From assembly GCA_964016885.1 (NCBI GenBank), contig OZ024747.1:87606001-87670000 (forward strand): a stretch of 64,000 nucleotides of DNA, in the 5' to 3' direction. The notes under the pieces were generated by a model that saw only the letters and a list, made by a program, of their open reading frames with translations, searched no databases and was not told the origin of the DNA. The stretch comes from Eledone cirrhosa (taxonomy: Eukaryota). Position numbers and translations under genes: made by a program. Each line of letters starts with the position of its first letter. Positions within the stretch are counted from its first letter, which is position 1. Below, in pieces: positions 36,191-50,096 of the stretch.

Positions 36191-36479
36191 CCACAGGGCG
36201 GCCAGAACATTGGCCCCCATTTGCTCATAATAGTGAGAGATGGCGAGAGCGGGAGAGATGGAGGCAGTGAGAGATGGCGAGAGCGGGAGAGATGGAGGCA
36301 GTGACAGTGGGAATTTGGTCCCTTCGTGTTCGGAACTGGTGTATATGTTTCACAGACACACACTCACATTGATAATAGCTAACTAGCAGATATGACACAG
36401 TATATTAAATAGAGAATGTATTCTTGGGGTAAGGTACAATAATACAGTTAGCAATAGCTTCTATGATCATTAGTATTCC

Positions 36480-36870
36480 CTCTTTCATTATATATAGTAA
36501 CTTCACACCTTTGGTACCTCTATGTTCAATAGTACTATTCTGCTATCACTATACATAGTAACCTCACCTCTATGGTATCTCTTTGTCCAATAGTATGGCC
36601 TTCTTTCACTATAACCTCACCTCACCTTTCAATATTACATTACCTCCCTGCTACCTTTATGTTCTGTAGTACTGCCCTCTTTCACTATACACTATAACCT
36701 CACTTCTCTGGCATCTCTATGTTCTATAGTACTACCACTATATACAGTAGCCTCCTCTCACTTCCCCTCTCTATCATTATACATAGTAATCAGTTACCTC
36801 ATCTCTTTGGTATTTCTGTGGCCAATAGTATGTCCTCTTCCACTACATATGTGTAGCAACATTACATCTC
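36480..36870. repeat. Degenerate ~60-65 bp tandem repeat
   Basis: recurring actatacatagtaacctcacctct...tgtccaatagtat motifs. Confidence 0.6.
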
Positions 36871-38639
36871 TTTCTGATATTGGAAAATCAATCAGTCAAT
36901 AAATCAATAAATGAACACGACTGCTTAGACAGTGTGACCAATAGTTGGGTGGTTGTATTTTATTTTTTATTTTTTTTACAGTTCAGTTATTGCAATTTAG
37001 AAGGTAGTTTAAATGAAATTGTATGGTGATATTTCTCTCAGACTATCCTAGCCATTAAGACTATCTTGATTGGTAATAATATATTTCTCTCGTATATCAT
37101 GAATTATCATACTGAAAAGTATGAGAGTTTAATAAATTGATGTTAACCTTTGTGTTACCATATTTTTAATGAAATGCATGGTTTCAATCAATTTTGAAAA
37201 TATGGATGAATTCAGTAATAAATTTAACTTCATTTTTATGCTGTTTGCAACATTACTTTAAAAGATCCTAAATAAAATTAAGCTGCTTTATTGTAAAAAA
37301 AAATGCTTGTCTTTTGAGGTTATGAAAATAGAAAAGGAAGGGAAAGGTAAGGGCTCTGGGGTCACAAAAAAATGGGAGGGAAAGGGGTGGGTGATGGGCT
37401 CTATGTCAGGTTTTAATCTAAATATGGTCCCTTTAAAGCAGGCAGTTTTGTACAATAAAACCAGATGAGTTAAATATATTTTTCATTTGTTGTTGTTTTT
37501 TTTTATTGGTTGCCATCTTGGGGCACCCCTTCCAAGGTTGATAATATTGACCCCAGCTCATATTTCAGTCTTGTATTTATTTTACTTTGTTTTTGTCAAA
37601 ATGCTAAGTTAGAAGACATAAGATGACACAAAATAAACAACACTAAGTTTTAGACAGGATTAGACATAAACACAGACACACATACATATATATTTCAACT
37701 GAGAAACAAAACTGACAAAAACAAGTTTATTATTAGCTGATAAACAGCCGTTTTCAAAGTTTAGGGTTCATGGGAAAATTAATTTAAATAAAAGGGGTTC
37801 TTAGTACTGAAAATGTTGGGAATCACTGATACAGACTATGAGTATTTTGATATTGTTATATGCCATATATTAGACAAGACAGTGATTTAGATATTAAATA
37901 TACACTCAGCAGATTTAACATTATCTTATTTGTGTAAGTAGGGACTTAACTGTTACATATTGACTATGATAGTTTTAACATTATACAGAGGATCTTCATT
38001 GTACATGGTCAAGTGGTTCGCCAACATCATTATTATCACTGTTTGATGTTTTTTTGCCATACTTGCATGGGTTAGACAGGCTGCCCTATACTGAGATCAA
38101 ACTGGTCAAGTGACTGATGTCCTGCCTGTATACTCTGTTTTGGGCTTGGTTTCTACAGCTGGATGCCCTTCCTAATGACAACTACTTTACAGTATGAACT
38201 AGAAGCATTTTATTGTGACACAAGCACCTTATAGGATGGACTGGGTGCTTTTAATTATAGCACCAACACTACCACCTTACAAACTCCCATGTTATTAAAA
38301 AAAACATGTATATTGAAGGCCCTTATATAAAAGTACCTAGGTATGTTGATGTTTTGAAGATGGCACAACTTCAGTTTCTCTGGAGGCTGATAAAACTCAG
38401 GAAAAGAGTGATGGCAGAAAGGGCTACAGTTTTCTGCTTTACATTGGGTGATACAGTTCAGTTTTATGTGGAAAAAAACATTTAGAGTTTACAGCTTTTT
38501 AAACAATTTTTTAGAAAATATTTTCTAACTGTATATATTCGAAGTTGCTCTATTTAAAACCACATAAGATGTAGGCTTACTGCAGTTTAAAGTTTTAATA
38601 TATTATATAACTGACAAGGTACATGCATATATATATTAA

Positions 38640-38860
38640 CCCTTTAGCATTTACATTATTCGATAATTACTATTGTATTTTCATGGTTAACACTTTATTT
38701 CACATAATTATCTCACATAATATCGAATCTAGGAGATTTTGATATTATTTATTTTGAGAAAAATACCTTAACATAAGTATGGGCAGCTGGTTACAGCCAG
38801 TTTAAACAGAAAGAGGTGAGAGAATTCTGGCAAGATACGGCTGGTTTAGATGCTAAAGGG
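38640..38860. mobile_element. TTAA MITE, best-preserved copy
   Basis: TTAA|CCCTTTAGCAT...ATGCTAAAGGG|TTAA. Confidence 0.85.
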
Positions 38861-39299
38861 TTAAATTATAAAAGATTCATCATTGTTATACATTATTTTT
38901 TGATAATATTTCATTAGAAAGAATATTGATGGTGTAGTTGTTTAGTACCTGGCTAGCCCAGATTGAACAGACCTGTAATACAAAGACATTTTAGTCATAA
39001 ACATCCAGCCTTTTTGTATATATAGGATCATATTATCCAATGTGCCCGGCAGTTTTTCTAGAAAGTAGGATGTGAGAGTGTGATTTCTGGGAACAAATGA
39101 AAAAACTACAAAACCAATATAACTTACCGATTCAAACCAGCATCTACGTCTTCTTCATGGAGGAAGAACTGAGTGCCCAAGTCAGCTACTGTAGCAACTT
39201 TGTCATCATATATTGTCAGAGACTAGGAAAAAACAGGGAAATAATAATATCATTAATAGTAACAGATTATATGTGCTAAGAGGATGGAGACAGCATTAG

Positions 39300-39900
39300 A
39301 ACAAAAGAAAATAACATGGTATGGTACATAAAAAATTCCACAGAACCACTGTTGTTGGAAGTAAGAAGGTCAGGGCTGTGCAAAATAGAAGGTTGTAAAG
39401 AACAAACACAGCACAACCATTTGAAGATGGATGAAACTGAAAGTAGATGGACAAAAGAATTTATGGACAATTCCATAGAGATGTTGAAGATAGGACAGAC
39501 AGAGAAAAAAGGTGGTTATGGATGGCTAAAAGTGATCAAAAGCCAGAAACAGAAGCCTTAATCTGTGCTGTTCAAGAACAAGTACTAAGAATTAACTACA
39601 TCAAATATAGAGTAGAATACAAAGCAGAAAGTGATGAGAGTAAAATGTTTGTAGCATGAATGGAGAAATTGTATGGCATATTACCAGTCAATGTACACCA
39701 CTAGCTCAGAAAGAATATAAGAGACATCACGACAACATAGTAAAGATAGTCCATTGGGCACTTTGTGGCAAATATGTACTTAATAGAGCAGAAAAGTAGT
39801 ACAAACATAACCCGGAGGGCATTATTGAAAATGATGGTGCAAAGATCCTGTGAGACTTTGTGATACAGTGTGACCAAGAGATTGAGCATAGGAGATCTGT
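39300..39900 (+). mobile_element. Decayed R4/Dong-clade non-LTR retrotransposon, zinc knuckle and start of the RLE domain
   Basis: GQFHRD...KPETEALICAVQEQVLRINYIK...HITSQCTPLAQKEYKRHHDNIVKIVHWALCGKY...IENDGAKILxDFVIQCDQEIEHRR. Confidence 0.82.
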
Positions 39901-40219
39901 GAACAAAACTAAGTGCAGAATCCCCTAAAATAGAAAAACAATTATCAGAAAAATAAAAAGAACAAACAAAAAAAAATCAACAAACTAAAATTCTGCTTGA
40001 CACTGGTTATATACTGAAAACTTTCCGTCCTAGTCTGTTGTCCCAGTTTTCAAAAAGGGAAAGAAGTCCCTTGTAGTGAATTACCATCCTAGGTCTTATT
40101 GAATTTTGAATTATAAATGTTCTGCTACTATAACTTCACTCCTGAAGAACAAAGGGCAAAAATGTGCATTGAGCTTAATTCATCTTACCAATGGAAATAG
40201 TGAACTATTACACTATAAC

Positions 40220-40269
<50 letters not shown>

Positions 40270-40759
40270 AAAAAAAATGTCATGACAACCCAAGATGCCT
40301 TTTTCTGTTCATTTATGGAAAGAGAAAGAGAGAGAGTAACTCTTTAGAAATGATTATGTATTAATATAACATATTTCTTGAGAATATGTCCAAATACTTA
40401 TGTGATGCATTAACAGTGGTGAGATGATAGCTGATGATGATGATGGTAGCAGAAAAATTACAAGTTTATAAGGTGGGGTTAAACTGAAAAGAAAAAGATA
40501 GGCATTCAGAAATAGAATATTTTAATCATTTTATTCCTACCCTTGTTATCTTGAACTTTTAAGTTTCTTAATTTTTAAAGCACTTTCAAATGAGGACTGC
40601 TACAGCCATTTCAATAGCTATATATATTTTTCTTTTTTCTTTTCTTGGATTTTGTCATTGAACTGACTGGGACTTTCCAAGGTAGTGTTTTAAGCCAGAG
40701 GCCTTTCATGATGTCTACTCTTTTAGTCACCTTTTCCAACATGCAGATATATAATATAT

Positions 40760-41060
40760 CTATTCTAAAAACTAGGATACACTGGGAATAAAAGAAATCA
40801 AATGCTGTGTGCAGGAAAGAAGACTGCAATGGTATGGACATGTGATATGCATGAAGGACAACAGCTGTATAAAAAGGTGCAGAGCACTCGTGGTCATAGA
40901 GTGCCTTGAAAGATGAAGACCTATGAAGATGTGGATTGAAACAATAAAGTCTAACATGGCTCAGCTGAACCTCTTTATGGAGATGACACAGGACTGAGAC
41001 CTCTGGCACTACGATGTACAATAAAAGACATGAGTAGACAACCCAACCCAGCATGTGCTT
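40760..41060 (+). mobile_element. RTE-type LINE 3' relic
   Basis: LGIKEIKCCVQERRLQWYGHVICM...RPMKMWIETIK. Confidence 0.7.
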
Positions 41061-42727
41061 AGATAGGGTACCCAGCTCCTATATTATGGTTCTGCTGTGA
41101 GCAGGATACAGCGCGACCAACTGGTCAAACCCTCCCATAACAGTACCAACCAGTTCTACACTGTAAACTTGGTTGATGTTAGGAAGGACATCCAGCAGCT
41201 GTAAAACATACCAGATATGTGCAAGGTGCAATGCAACCATCTGGCCAGACTTGCCTCATAACATGACCACCCAGTAACACAGCCCCACTATCAGCAAAGC
41301 ATGGCACTGTCAACTGGCCAGACCTTCCTCATAATGGGACCACCCAGATTCCAAAAATACAGTACCACTGTGAGCATGTCTTCCTTGGTCTTATGTATTC
41401 TCTGTCCCCCTATATTCAACAGCATCCCTCCTCTCCCAAGTGACTTTCATCCTTCTTCAACACCTATCCATCTGATTCCGTTTCTCTTCACATTTATCCT
41501 CTGCAATAATGAGGATGATGATGATGAATATGTATAAATATTCTAACTGTAAAACCTGTTTCCAATGAGTTAAACTATTTAATAATATCATAATAACATA
41601 CAGTGCATAACGATTTTTAAACATTGCATAAGCATTAATAGATTATTTGGTAATCACTAGAAGCTTTGTTTCCATATTGTTTGCCAAGACTTATATAGTG
41701 AGATAGCCTAAAGGAAACCATTACTATACAATTAATTGACTTCAAATGGATATTTTGGGTGCATGAAGTGAAATGACTTAACTAAAAATCAAATCTATAT
41801 TGCAGACTTATTTTCATTGGAGTTTTATACCAGTCTAAAGTGTTAATACACATTGTGACTACTAATTTGTTAACCATTTGATTAGTTGTTATTATGAATT
41901 TATTGATTATTAAATGGAATGACATGGTTAAGTCAAGTATTGAGAAAAGGTGAAAGAGATGGAAATGAATGTGAAAGAAAATACAGTAAGGTGAAAACTA
42001 AAGATGGTGGAAGAGGAAATGAAAGCAAGGAGTTTGTTGAAGAGGAATTGCAGCCAATAGAGCCAAAAAAAAGAAGGAAAAAAGAAAAATTAGCATGCTC
42101 CATCTCACAGGTTAGCCCCTACTTTAGCAGAGATAATGGCCTTAAAATTCTTGTTATTGTTGTTGCCAACAACACATGAGTTTAATAATATATATTTGAG
42201 TGGGGGGTCCCCAAAAACAAGAAAAGCATATTTTCAAATTTGTATTGAAACATTTTCTAAATTAGTTTAATAATAATTATCTTGGCTTTTTCTACTAAAA
42301 AAGAAAATGAAAATATCAAAAAGAAATATTTTATTAACCAACTGGAGCAAATGAATTAGTTGTCTTAACAGAATTATTTATAGAGAAGGGAGTTATAAAT
42401 ATGTTGTTTTAAGAAACTTATTTTTACAAATCAAGCAAATATTATTTTGATGACATTTCCTGTATTTTTTATTCAGCTACTTTTTTAATACATCTACAAT
42501 ATAACAGAGTGTTGCACTAGCTAATCTTATAACAATGATGTTTATTAAGCAGGTTGTCACAACACCCAAAAGCAAACAAACTATTCTTGATAATCGAATT
42601 ATGTCTTCAGAAGAAATTTTATAAGCTAATGGACTCAACAATTACATTTCAAAACAGAATAACATCATTTAAAGTTGAAATATCTTCAAAAACCTGAACA
42701 GAAAATTAAAACTATAAATTCATAATA

Positions 42728-43332
42728 TCTAAAGACAGCCATAATATTTTATGAAGAAGTCATTACATCTAAAGACAGTCATAATATTTTATGAAGAAGA
42801 CATTACATCTAAAGACAGCCATAATATTTTATGAAGAAGTCATTACATCTAAAGACAGTCATAATATTTTATGAAGAAGTCATTACATCTAAAGACAGTC
42901 ATATTATTTTATGAAGAAGTCATTACATCTAAAGACAGTCATATTATTTTATGAAGAAGTCATTACATCTAAAGACAGCCATAATATTTTATGAAGAAGT
43001 CATTACATCTAAAGACAGTCATAATATTTTATGAAGAAGTCATTACATCTAAAGACAGTCATATTATTTTATGAAGAAGTCATTACATCTAAAGACAGTC
43101 ATATTATTTTATGAAGAAGTCATTACATCTAAAGACAGTCATATTATTTTATGAAGAAGTCATTACATCTAAAGGCAGTCATAATATTTTATGAAGAAGT
43201 CATTACATCTAAAGACAGTCATATTATTTTATGAAGAAGTCATTACATCTAAAGACAGCCATAATATTTTATGAAGAAGTCATTACATCTAAAGACAGTC
43301 ATAATATTTTATGAAGAAGTCATTACATCTAA
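42728..43332. repeat. 40-bp minisatellite, about 15 near-identical copies
   Basis: unit aaagacagtcataatattttatgaagaagtcattacatct, exact 40-nt period. Confidence 0.97.
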
Positions 43333-43516
43333 CTCATAGAATTGTAATCATATAACTTAAAGATAAATACATATTGTCATATTATAACATCATAATTCAG
43401 TGAATTTTCTTACATAAAATTACAATGGTATGTTTTTAGATAAATATCAACTTTAATATAAACAGTTTTGTATCATAGAAACAGAAGTGGTCTCAGGAAG
43501 TTTGGTATCAAGAGAG

Positions 43517-43551
<35 letters not shown>

Positions 43552-43646
43552 AACCAGTAAGACCCCATATTACCCACTCTACTACCTCAAGTATTGAGTA
43601 CTTTGGTGCGTTATGGTCCACCTGGTTCCTTACCACATTTCCTTCG

Positions 43647-43690
<44 letters not shown>

Positions 43691-46346
43691 AAGATTGAAG
43701 AACAGAGTAAAACAACCAAAAGTGGAAATTTATGGTGAAAAGATTGAATAAAAATGTTGGTGGGTTTATATGGTGGGTGAAACATGCTACATCAGCATGT
43801 TTGGTTAGTGAGCCTCAGAAATGAAGTATGTCAATGACAGAAGATTTCTAATGTTAAGATGAGCAGGATGACATTCTTTTGTGTAAACAAACATAGGAAA
43901 TGATTCAATGGATTGTGAGCTGTGTGCATGTTATCTATCTTATCAGATGAGTTGGTTGTCAACAGTAATTTCCATTTGCATTCTTTTGTGTGCATGTGTG
44001 TACATGCATTTATATGAGACTGTGTGTGTATGCGTGTGTGTTTATTTGTATGCATCTGTCTGTCTTCTATGTTATTTGAACATGTATCTCTGTCAATGAA
44101 AAATGAATTTACGTATGAGTGAAAATCTTGCGTTGTAATTGTGTTCAGTTGTGTGTGTAATTGTGTATTTGAATTTTATATGCATTTTCTTTGGCTTTGT
44201 GTGTTTATGTTGATACAATCATATTATGTGTATGTGAGAGAGAGATTTTGTGATGAATGTATGTAGATGTATATGCATGGTGCTGTGATAGAGAAAGGAA
44301 AGGTTTGTGTGTGTATATGGGGTGAGAAGACAAGTTCATCCAAAGTTCACAGACAACACTCACATTGAAGTTGCTACTATTGAAAATATCAAGTGTTGAA
44401 TGACTGTTGCACATATTATTATTAACATCATTCTCATTATCAATGTTGTTAGAAACATTATCACCAGTCTACATATACAAAAAACACAACACAAACATAC
44501 ATGAATAAACAAACACACACACATAATGCACACTCACAATGCACACACAAACACATACACACAATGAACACACAAACACACACACAACACAAACACATAT
44601 ACAAATAAACAAACTTCATCAGCATGCAATATTCCTTTTCAGACCAAGTAAAAAAAAATGTTGTTTTACATGATAATGAAGCTGGAAAATGTAATAGCCT
44701 GGAAATGATAAGCAGTGATGTTCATGTTCTCCCCAAAGCCATATACAATATATTTGAACTAAGGCTACCAATTACAAAATATCTTTACCAACAGACGGTG
44801 GTGGTGACTACTACTATTACTGGTGATAGTGGTGGTGGTGGGTTTTGGTAGTAGTAGTAGTAGTAGTATTAGTAGTAGTAGTCACTTTTATGGCAAGGAA
44901 TGAAGCTAATTTTGTTGGGATTGGGTTTGTAATTGATATTGACTACAGTTCAATGAGATGATAATGCCATACAGTCTATTTCACTCATTTTCTATAATAA
45001 ATTGTCAATACAGCTGATATTTCTGTGTAAAGCACCCTAAACATACCACTGTTCATTTGTTTGTTATATTTTACTGTTTCATCAGGGAAAGAAAGGACAG
45101 TGCCCATGGACCTTTTGTCTTTTCTTTGGACAACATATGTGGTGTGGAGAAGGAAGATTGGCATGCATTGGCAACTACTGGTCTTCCACAAAAAACACCT
45201 CGACCAAGTTTGTGTCTTGGAGAGGAACTTACCAGGTGCAAACTCATGGCCAGTCTTTAAAGAGGGAAAAGGGGAAAGTTTGCATGTGTGACTATATGTA
45301 ACAGTTAACAGAAAATATGACACAGAATATTCTTCAGATCTTTCCAACCATAATATTGCCACCATGAGCCAACAACAGAGCCTATTCGTGCTTGTTCTAC
45401 ACACCATAAACAGCAAGCAAGTCTTCCTCAAATCACACTTTACCATCTTAAATAATAGTGTAGTCCTACATAACCCCCCACCCACCTTTAAAAACAGGAT
45501 GGTTACAGCTGGACTGTCTTTGATTCTCTCACCTCTTTCTGTTCAAACCGGTCATAACTGGCTGCTCATACTTATGTTAAGGTATTGTTCTCGAAATAAA
45601 TATTATCAAAATCTCGTAGATTCGATATCAGTGTTTACCGTGAAAATACAATAGTATATATAGAGTAAATGCTAAAGAATTAATATCCGCAAACCATATT
45701 GTACCAGCTTAGAAAAAAAAGGAAAAAAAAACATTGTCTAGAGATAAAAGACATTGATAGTCATGGCTGGAATGCCTTTGTTTAATCATATGTCTGATTG
45801 ATCATGGTTCATAAGAGCCTAAACAGCAGCAGCAACAACAACAACAACAGCATAAGCCAGAAAGAGGATCTTTAAATATCTCACTTGACCAACTTCAATT
45901 TAATATCCAAATCTCCTTCAAGAAACTCCCTAGTTGGAACCATTTTTTAAAGTCCTACAGCAAACCCCATGAGTATATGAGTGTCACAGCCAATACTGAC
46001 AGAACAAAGGGGTTCAAGTTATATCAGTGATGTATGGCTTCACAGTGATGTAAGGGTTCACCAGAGACTACTTAACAACAATTAAAGCTTTGTCAATAGT
46101 TAAACACAAAATTTATTAACTAAATACATCTGATTCGATTCAAATCCTTTAGATACTAACTTGTCTCAAACTACCTCTAGTTCTATGAAACAAAACACCT
46201 TATTTTAAAGAGTTCCTATATATATTTATATATATACATGTATATATATATTTATATATAAGAACCGTAGAGCAAATATTTATTAAAATAACATTAAAGT
46301 TTAAGCAAAGAATCGCTGCTTTCACCCTTAACGGGATCTTCTGAAG

Positions 46347-46433
<87 letters not shown>

Positions 46434-48980
46434 TAGCGTGGAAGATAGATGTAAACGATGATGATGATATATATCAGTAAGGAATTATATATATATAGGC
46501 ATGACTGATTTACATAATAACAGGCGGAGGAACAGGATTTTGCAAGGATGTCTTCTATATATGCTAGACATTGTATACTACAAAATGAATAGCACAGCAC
46601 ATGGCATAAATTGTCACAAACAACATTTTCACATATAGCTATCAATTAGCCTAAAACATGATACAAATACCTCACCATAAATATACTTTTGGTAGGTTGT
46701 TACACATTCCCAACTATCTTTCTCCCTCTCTCACTTGCACTTACATACACTGTATACACACACACACACACACGCACAAACTCAGTCTCTCTCTTCTGAA
46801 GTGTCTGTCCTTTTCCCAAAAGAAATATATCACATATTTCATTTGGGAAAGGAAAAATACAAAGCTCTTGCTCTGGGTGTTTCAGAGCTCACAGTGCATG
46901 TATACACACACATGCAATACATCCACACACTCACACACACTCACACACAGACACACACACATGCATGCATGGGTCCAACCCTTGCTAATAGGGAAAATAA
47001 ACATTGAATGATGATGATAACATACATAATATATGTAAATAGATATGGCTTTATAATACACTTTGGTAGCTAGCGCACTGCTTACTATATATCTTAATTA
47101 ATTACCAACATGAGCACTAATTAAATGCAATTTAGTATATCCATTTCAGAATACTACTAAGAGCAAATGGGTATATATATCCACCGGATACATGCTTCCT
47201 TGTGGCTGATTGGATGATATACACCTCTTCTGATGATATTCCAACAAGATCAATTAAAGATGTTTATAATTTTTTCAATTTACAGGGAAATTCATATTTT
47301 CAGGCATGCTTACATGCATACATATTAGATATGTGTATATATTTACACACGTCAGTGCAGTCTCAGTTACACACATATATGTATACACATACAAAAAATA
47401 TATATACATACATACAAACATGCACATACTCACAAATTCATATAAAATACATAGTATTAACATACATAAACACAACATACATACATGCACATGCAGATCC
47501 AAACATACACATGCATGCACACATTCACACACACACAAATATGTATATGCACATTCATACACACACATACACATATGCATGAATGTGCACATTCTTACAT
47601 ATACAGACACATATCAATGTATGTGCATTCACAAAAGATGATTTAATAGAAAATTAATTTCATGGAAAGAAGTAACCTTTTTTAAAAACCTTTTACCTTA
47701 TGGAAGTGTGAAAGAAGAAGGTTGTGTAAATAGATATTGAAGTAAATAAAAATATAGATTAACAACAAGATATGTGAAGTTCCTTTATCATTTCACTGTC
47801 AATAAAATTCCTCACTGATAATGAAATTTAAGCATTTCACATAGTCTGTAACACATAATAGCGTTGCTGCTACTGCAATAATAAAACTATATTTTATCAA
47901 ATGATTAATATGTAATTATTTTAATATCAAGAAATTCTCGCCATCCTAATGCTTCCCTAGGCATCCCTACAATTATGGTGAAACATACCTAAGCTGAAAG
48001 CATCCAAATTGTTGCCTTGACAACAATAATGTATTACATTCCAGTGAAGTAAAACTGGGTGGGAGGTGGGGCAGAGATGTAATGGGGTACTCAATGCTTT
48101 GTTTCTCTTTTTCTTCTTTTCTATAGTTAAGAAGAGAAATAAATGGTAGAGGTATTTTGGTGAAGGAATAGGAATCAAATCTGGGAGAAATGTAAGGAAT
48201 TAGTTGTTGTATTAAAGACTTAAGAATAAGAACAGAGAGTGGGCGGATGAGAGTGGTGGATGAGAGGAATGAGCAAGTTAGACTTACAACATGAAGTTTT
48301 GGAATGGTTTAATCCCAAATTATTTCACTCACTAAATCTATATAACTGATATTTTGGCACAAAATGTCCTTAATATGGCACTGTTAAATTACTGCATTTC
48401 AGATATTCTTTCGAATCAGATATCCTGTTGTTTAAGTCTTTCGTCGCCAAAACTTTTAATGACAAGTAATTTTCAAATCATAAAAGACATAATTTTGAAA
48501 ATACTAAAAAAATTTGGACAAATTTAGCAACTTCTGGCAGAAGCACCACTGCTTTTCTGATGACAGGGGTGGGATATACAAAATGCACAGAGCCAGAACA
48601 TATACCACAAAGCAACTCATCCAACTTTTTAACAATTCCACCAATCCACCGTCCCTGCACTGGTACTTTATTTATCAATTCTGAAAAAAATGAAAGCAAA
48701 GTTGATCTCATTTGAAATCAGAGCACACAGCGAGCTAGAATGAATGCCCCAATATTTAATCCAACTCCAATGGCTCTGCCATTGACAACTGAAAAGAAAA
48801 TTCAATAGGTCTTTCATGGCTGCGTAATCAGGTGATTACTTTATTTATTTTTTTATTTTATAACTGTATACAAAAACCTGCAATAGAGAATGGGACATGG
48901 TGTTTAGTAATTCTTAGCTATCTGACCATGATATATTACCAATTAACTTAACTTAAAGCATGACAGGTTAACATGACTAC

Positions 48981-49475
48981 ATAATAATAATAATCATGAA
49001 ATAATGAAAATTATTGTGTACAGTTCTCAGGTGCACTACAACTTATCAAAGGTGCATGTATAGTACATAGAATAATGTACAAATGTCAGGAAAGTAAACA
49101 GTGTGTGAGTTATGATATACACACAGACACATGCATGTGTGTGTACGGAGGGGAGATATCAGGTTAAGTGTTGGCAAATTTCAGGAAGCATGGACGTTTT
49201 GAAGGATGCAGTGCCCCGGCAGATAACTACCAATGCAGGTAGTTTGTTCTATGCTTCAGCAACTCTGAGTATTCAAAAATGTTTCCGAAAGTCATGGAAG
49301 CTGTACTGTTTTTTGACTGTGTAAGGATGTCCATGGGTGTTAGACATATGGAATTCAAAAATGTGCTCAGGGTTGTTGTAGGAAAGATGGTTAATAATGT
49401 TGTGGATGTCTATCCACCAAGTCAGTTGCCAGGCATCAGAGCTGTAATGTATCCATGCGCAGGGAAGCAATGTGT
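48981..49475 (-). mobile_element. Older 5'-truncated copy of the same CR1-group family as 6917-11952
   Basis: reverse complement matches 11510-11950 (HDFRKHF, gtagtgcacctgag, ATT tail). Confidence 0.88.
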
Positions 49476-49769
49476 TCAGAGTATGGTAGATGTAAACTAT
49501 CAACTAATTATAACATACAATCAGTTAATGAACAATCATGGCACAACATAGAGTTAACAAGACAGTTAACAAGACATACAACACCACCAGCCAATACAAC
49601 ACACAACACCAGTTAAGACATATCAGAATACACAAACACACAACACCACAACAATTAACAAGGCACATAATACAACACCAGTTAATAAGACATACAATGC
49701 CACCTATTAACAGGAAGGCTTCTGTCTTTTTTCATTGTTCTATCCACAAAAACACACACATTATATATA

Positions 49770-50051
49770 AAAGTCTAAAGTCTGTCTTAAGCCAGAAGGC
49801 TCATTTGGCTGGTGCTTATCCCAGTTTCCTGGCGTGAAGCAACTGAGAGTACAAGACTCCTCCCTGGACAGAACGCCAGTCCATCGCAGGGTTTAAACCT
49901 CCAGCTATTACTGTTACTCATTTTCAGCTGAACGTACTGGAGCAACGTGAAATGAAGTATTTTACTAAAGAATAAAACATGCAACCCAGGAATCGAACCC
50001 ACAACATTATGATCGTAAGTCCAACACCCTTACCACTAGGCTACGTGCCTC

Positions 50052-50052
<1 letters not shown>
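49770..50052 (-). mobile_element. tRNA-derived SINE family C
   Basis: reverse-complement homologue of 58409-58700; cctgcgatggactggcg core; (AGACTTT) tail. Confidence 0.82.

Positions 50053-50096
<44 letters not shown>

Noticed and set aside
42728-43332. 40-bp repeat array as a CRISPR candidate
   Set aside because: No unique spacers, no cas genes and a eukaryotic context; it is a plain minisatellite. The same applies to 59505-60325.
48403-48465. Plus-strand exon-like segment (YSFESDILLFKSFVAKTFND)
   Set aside because: Isolated, with no recognisable homology or partner exons.
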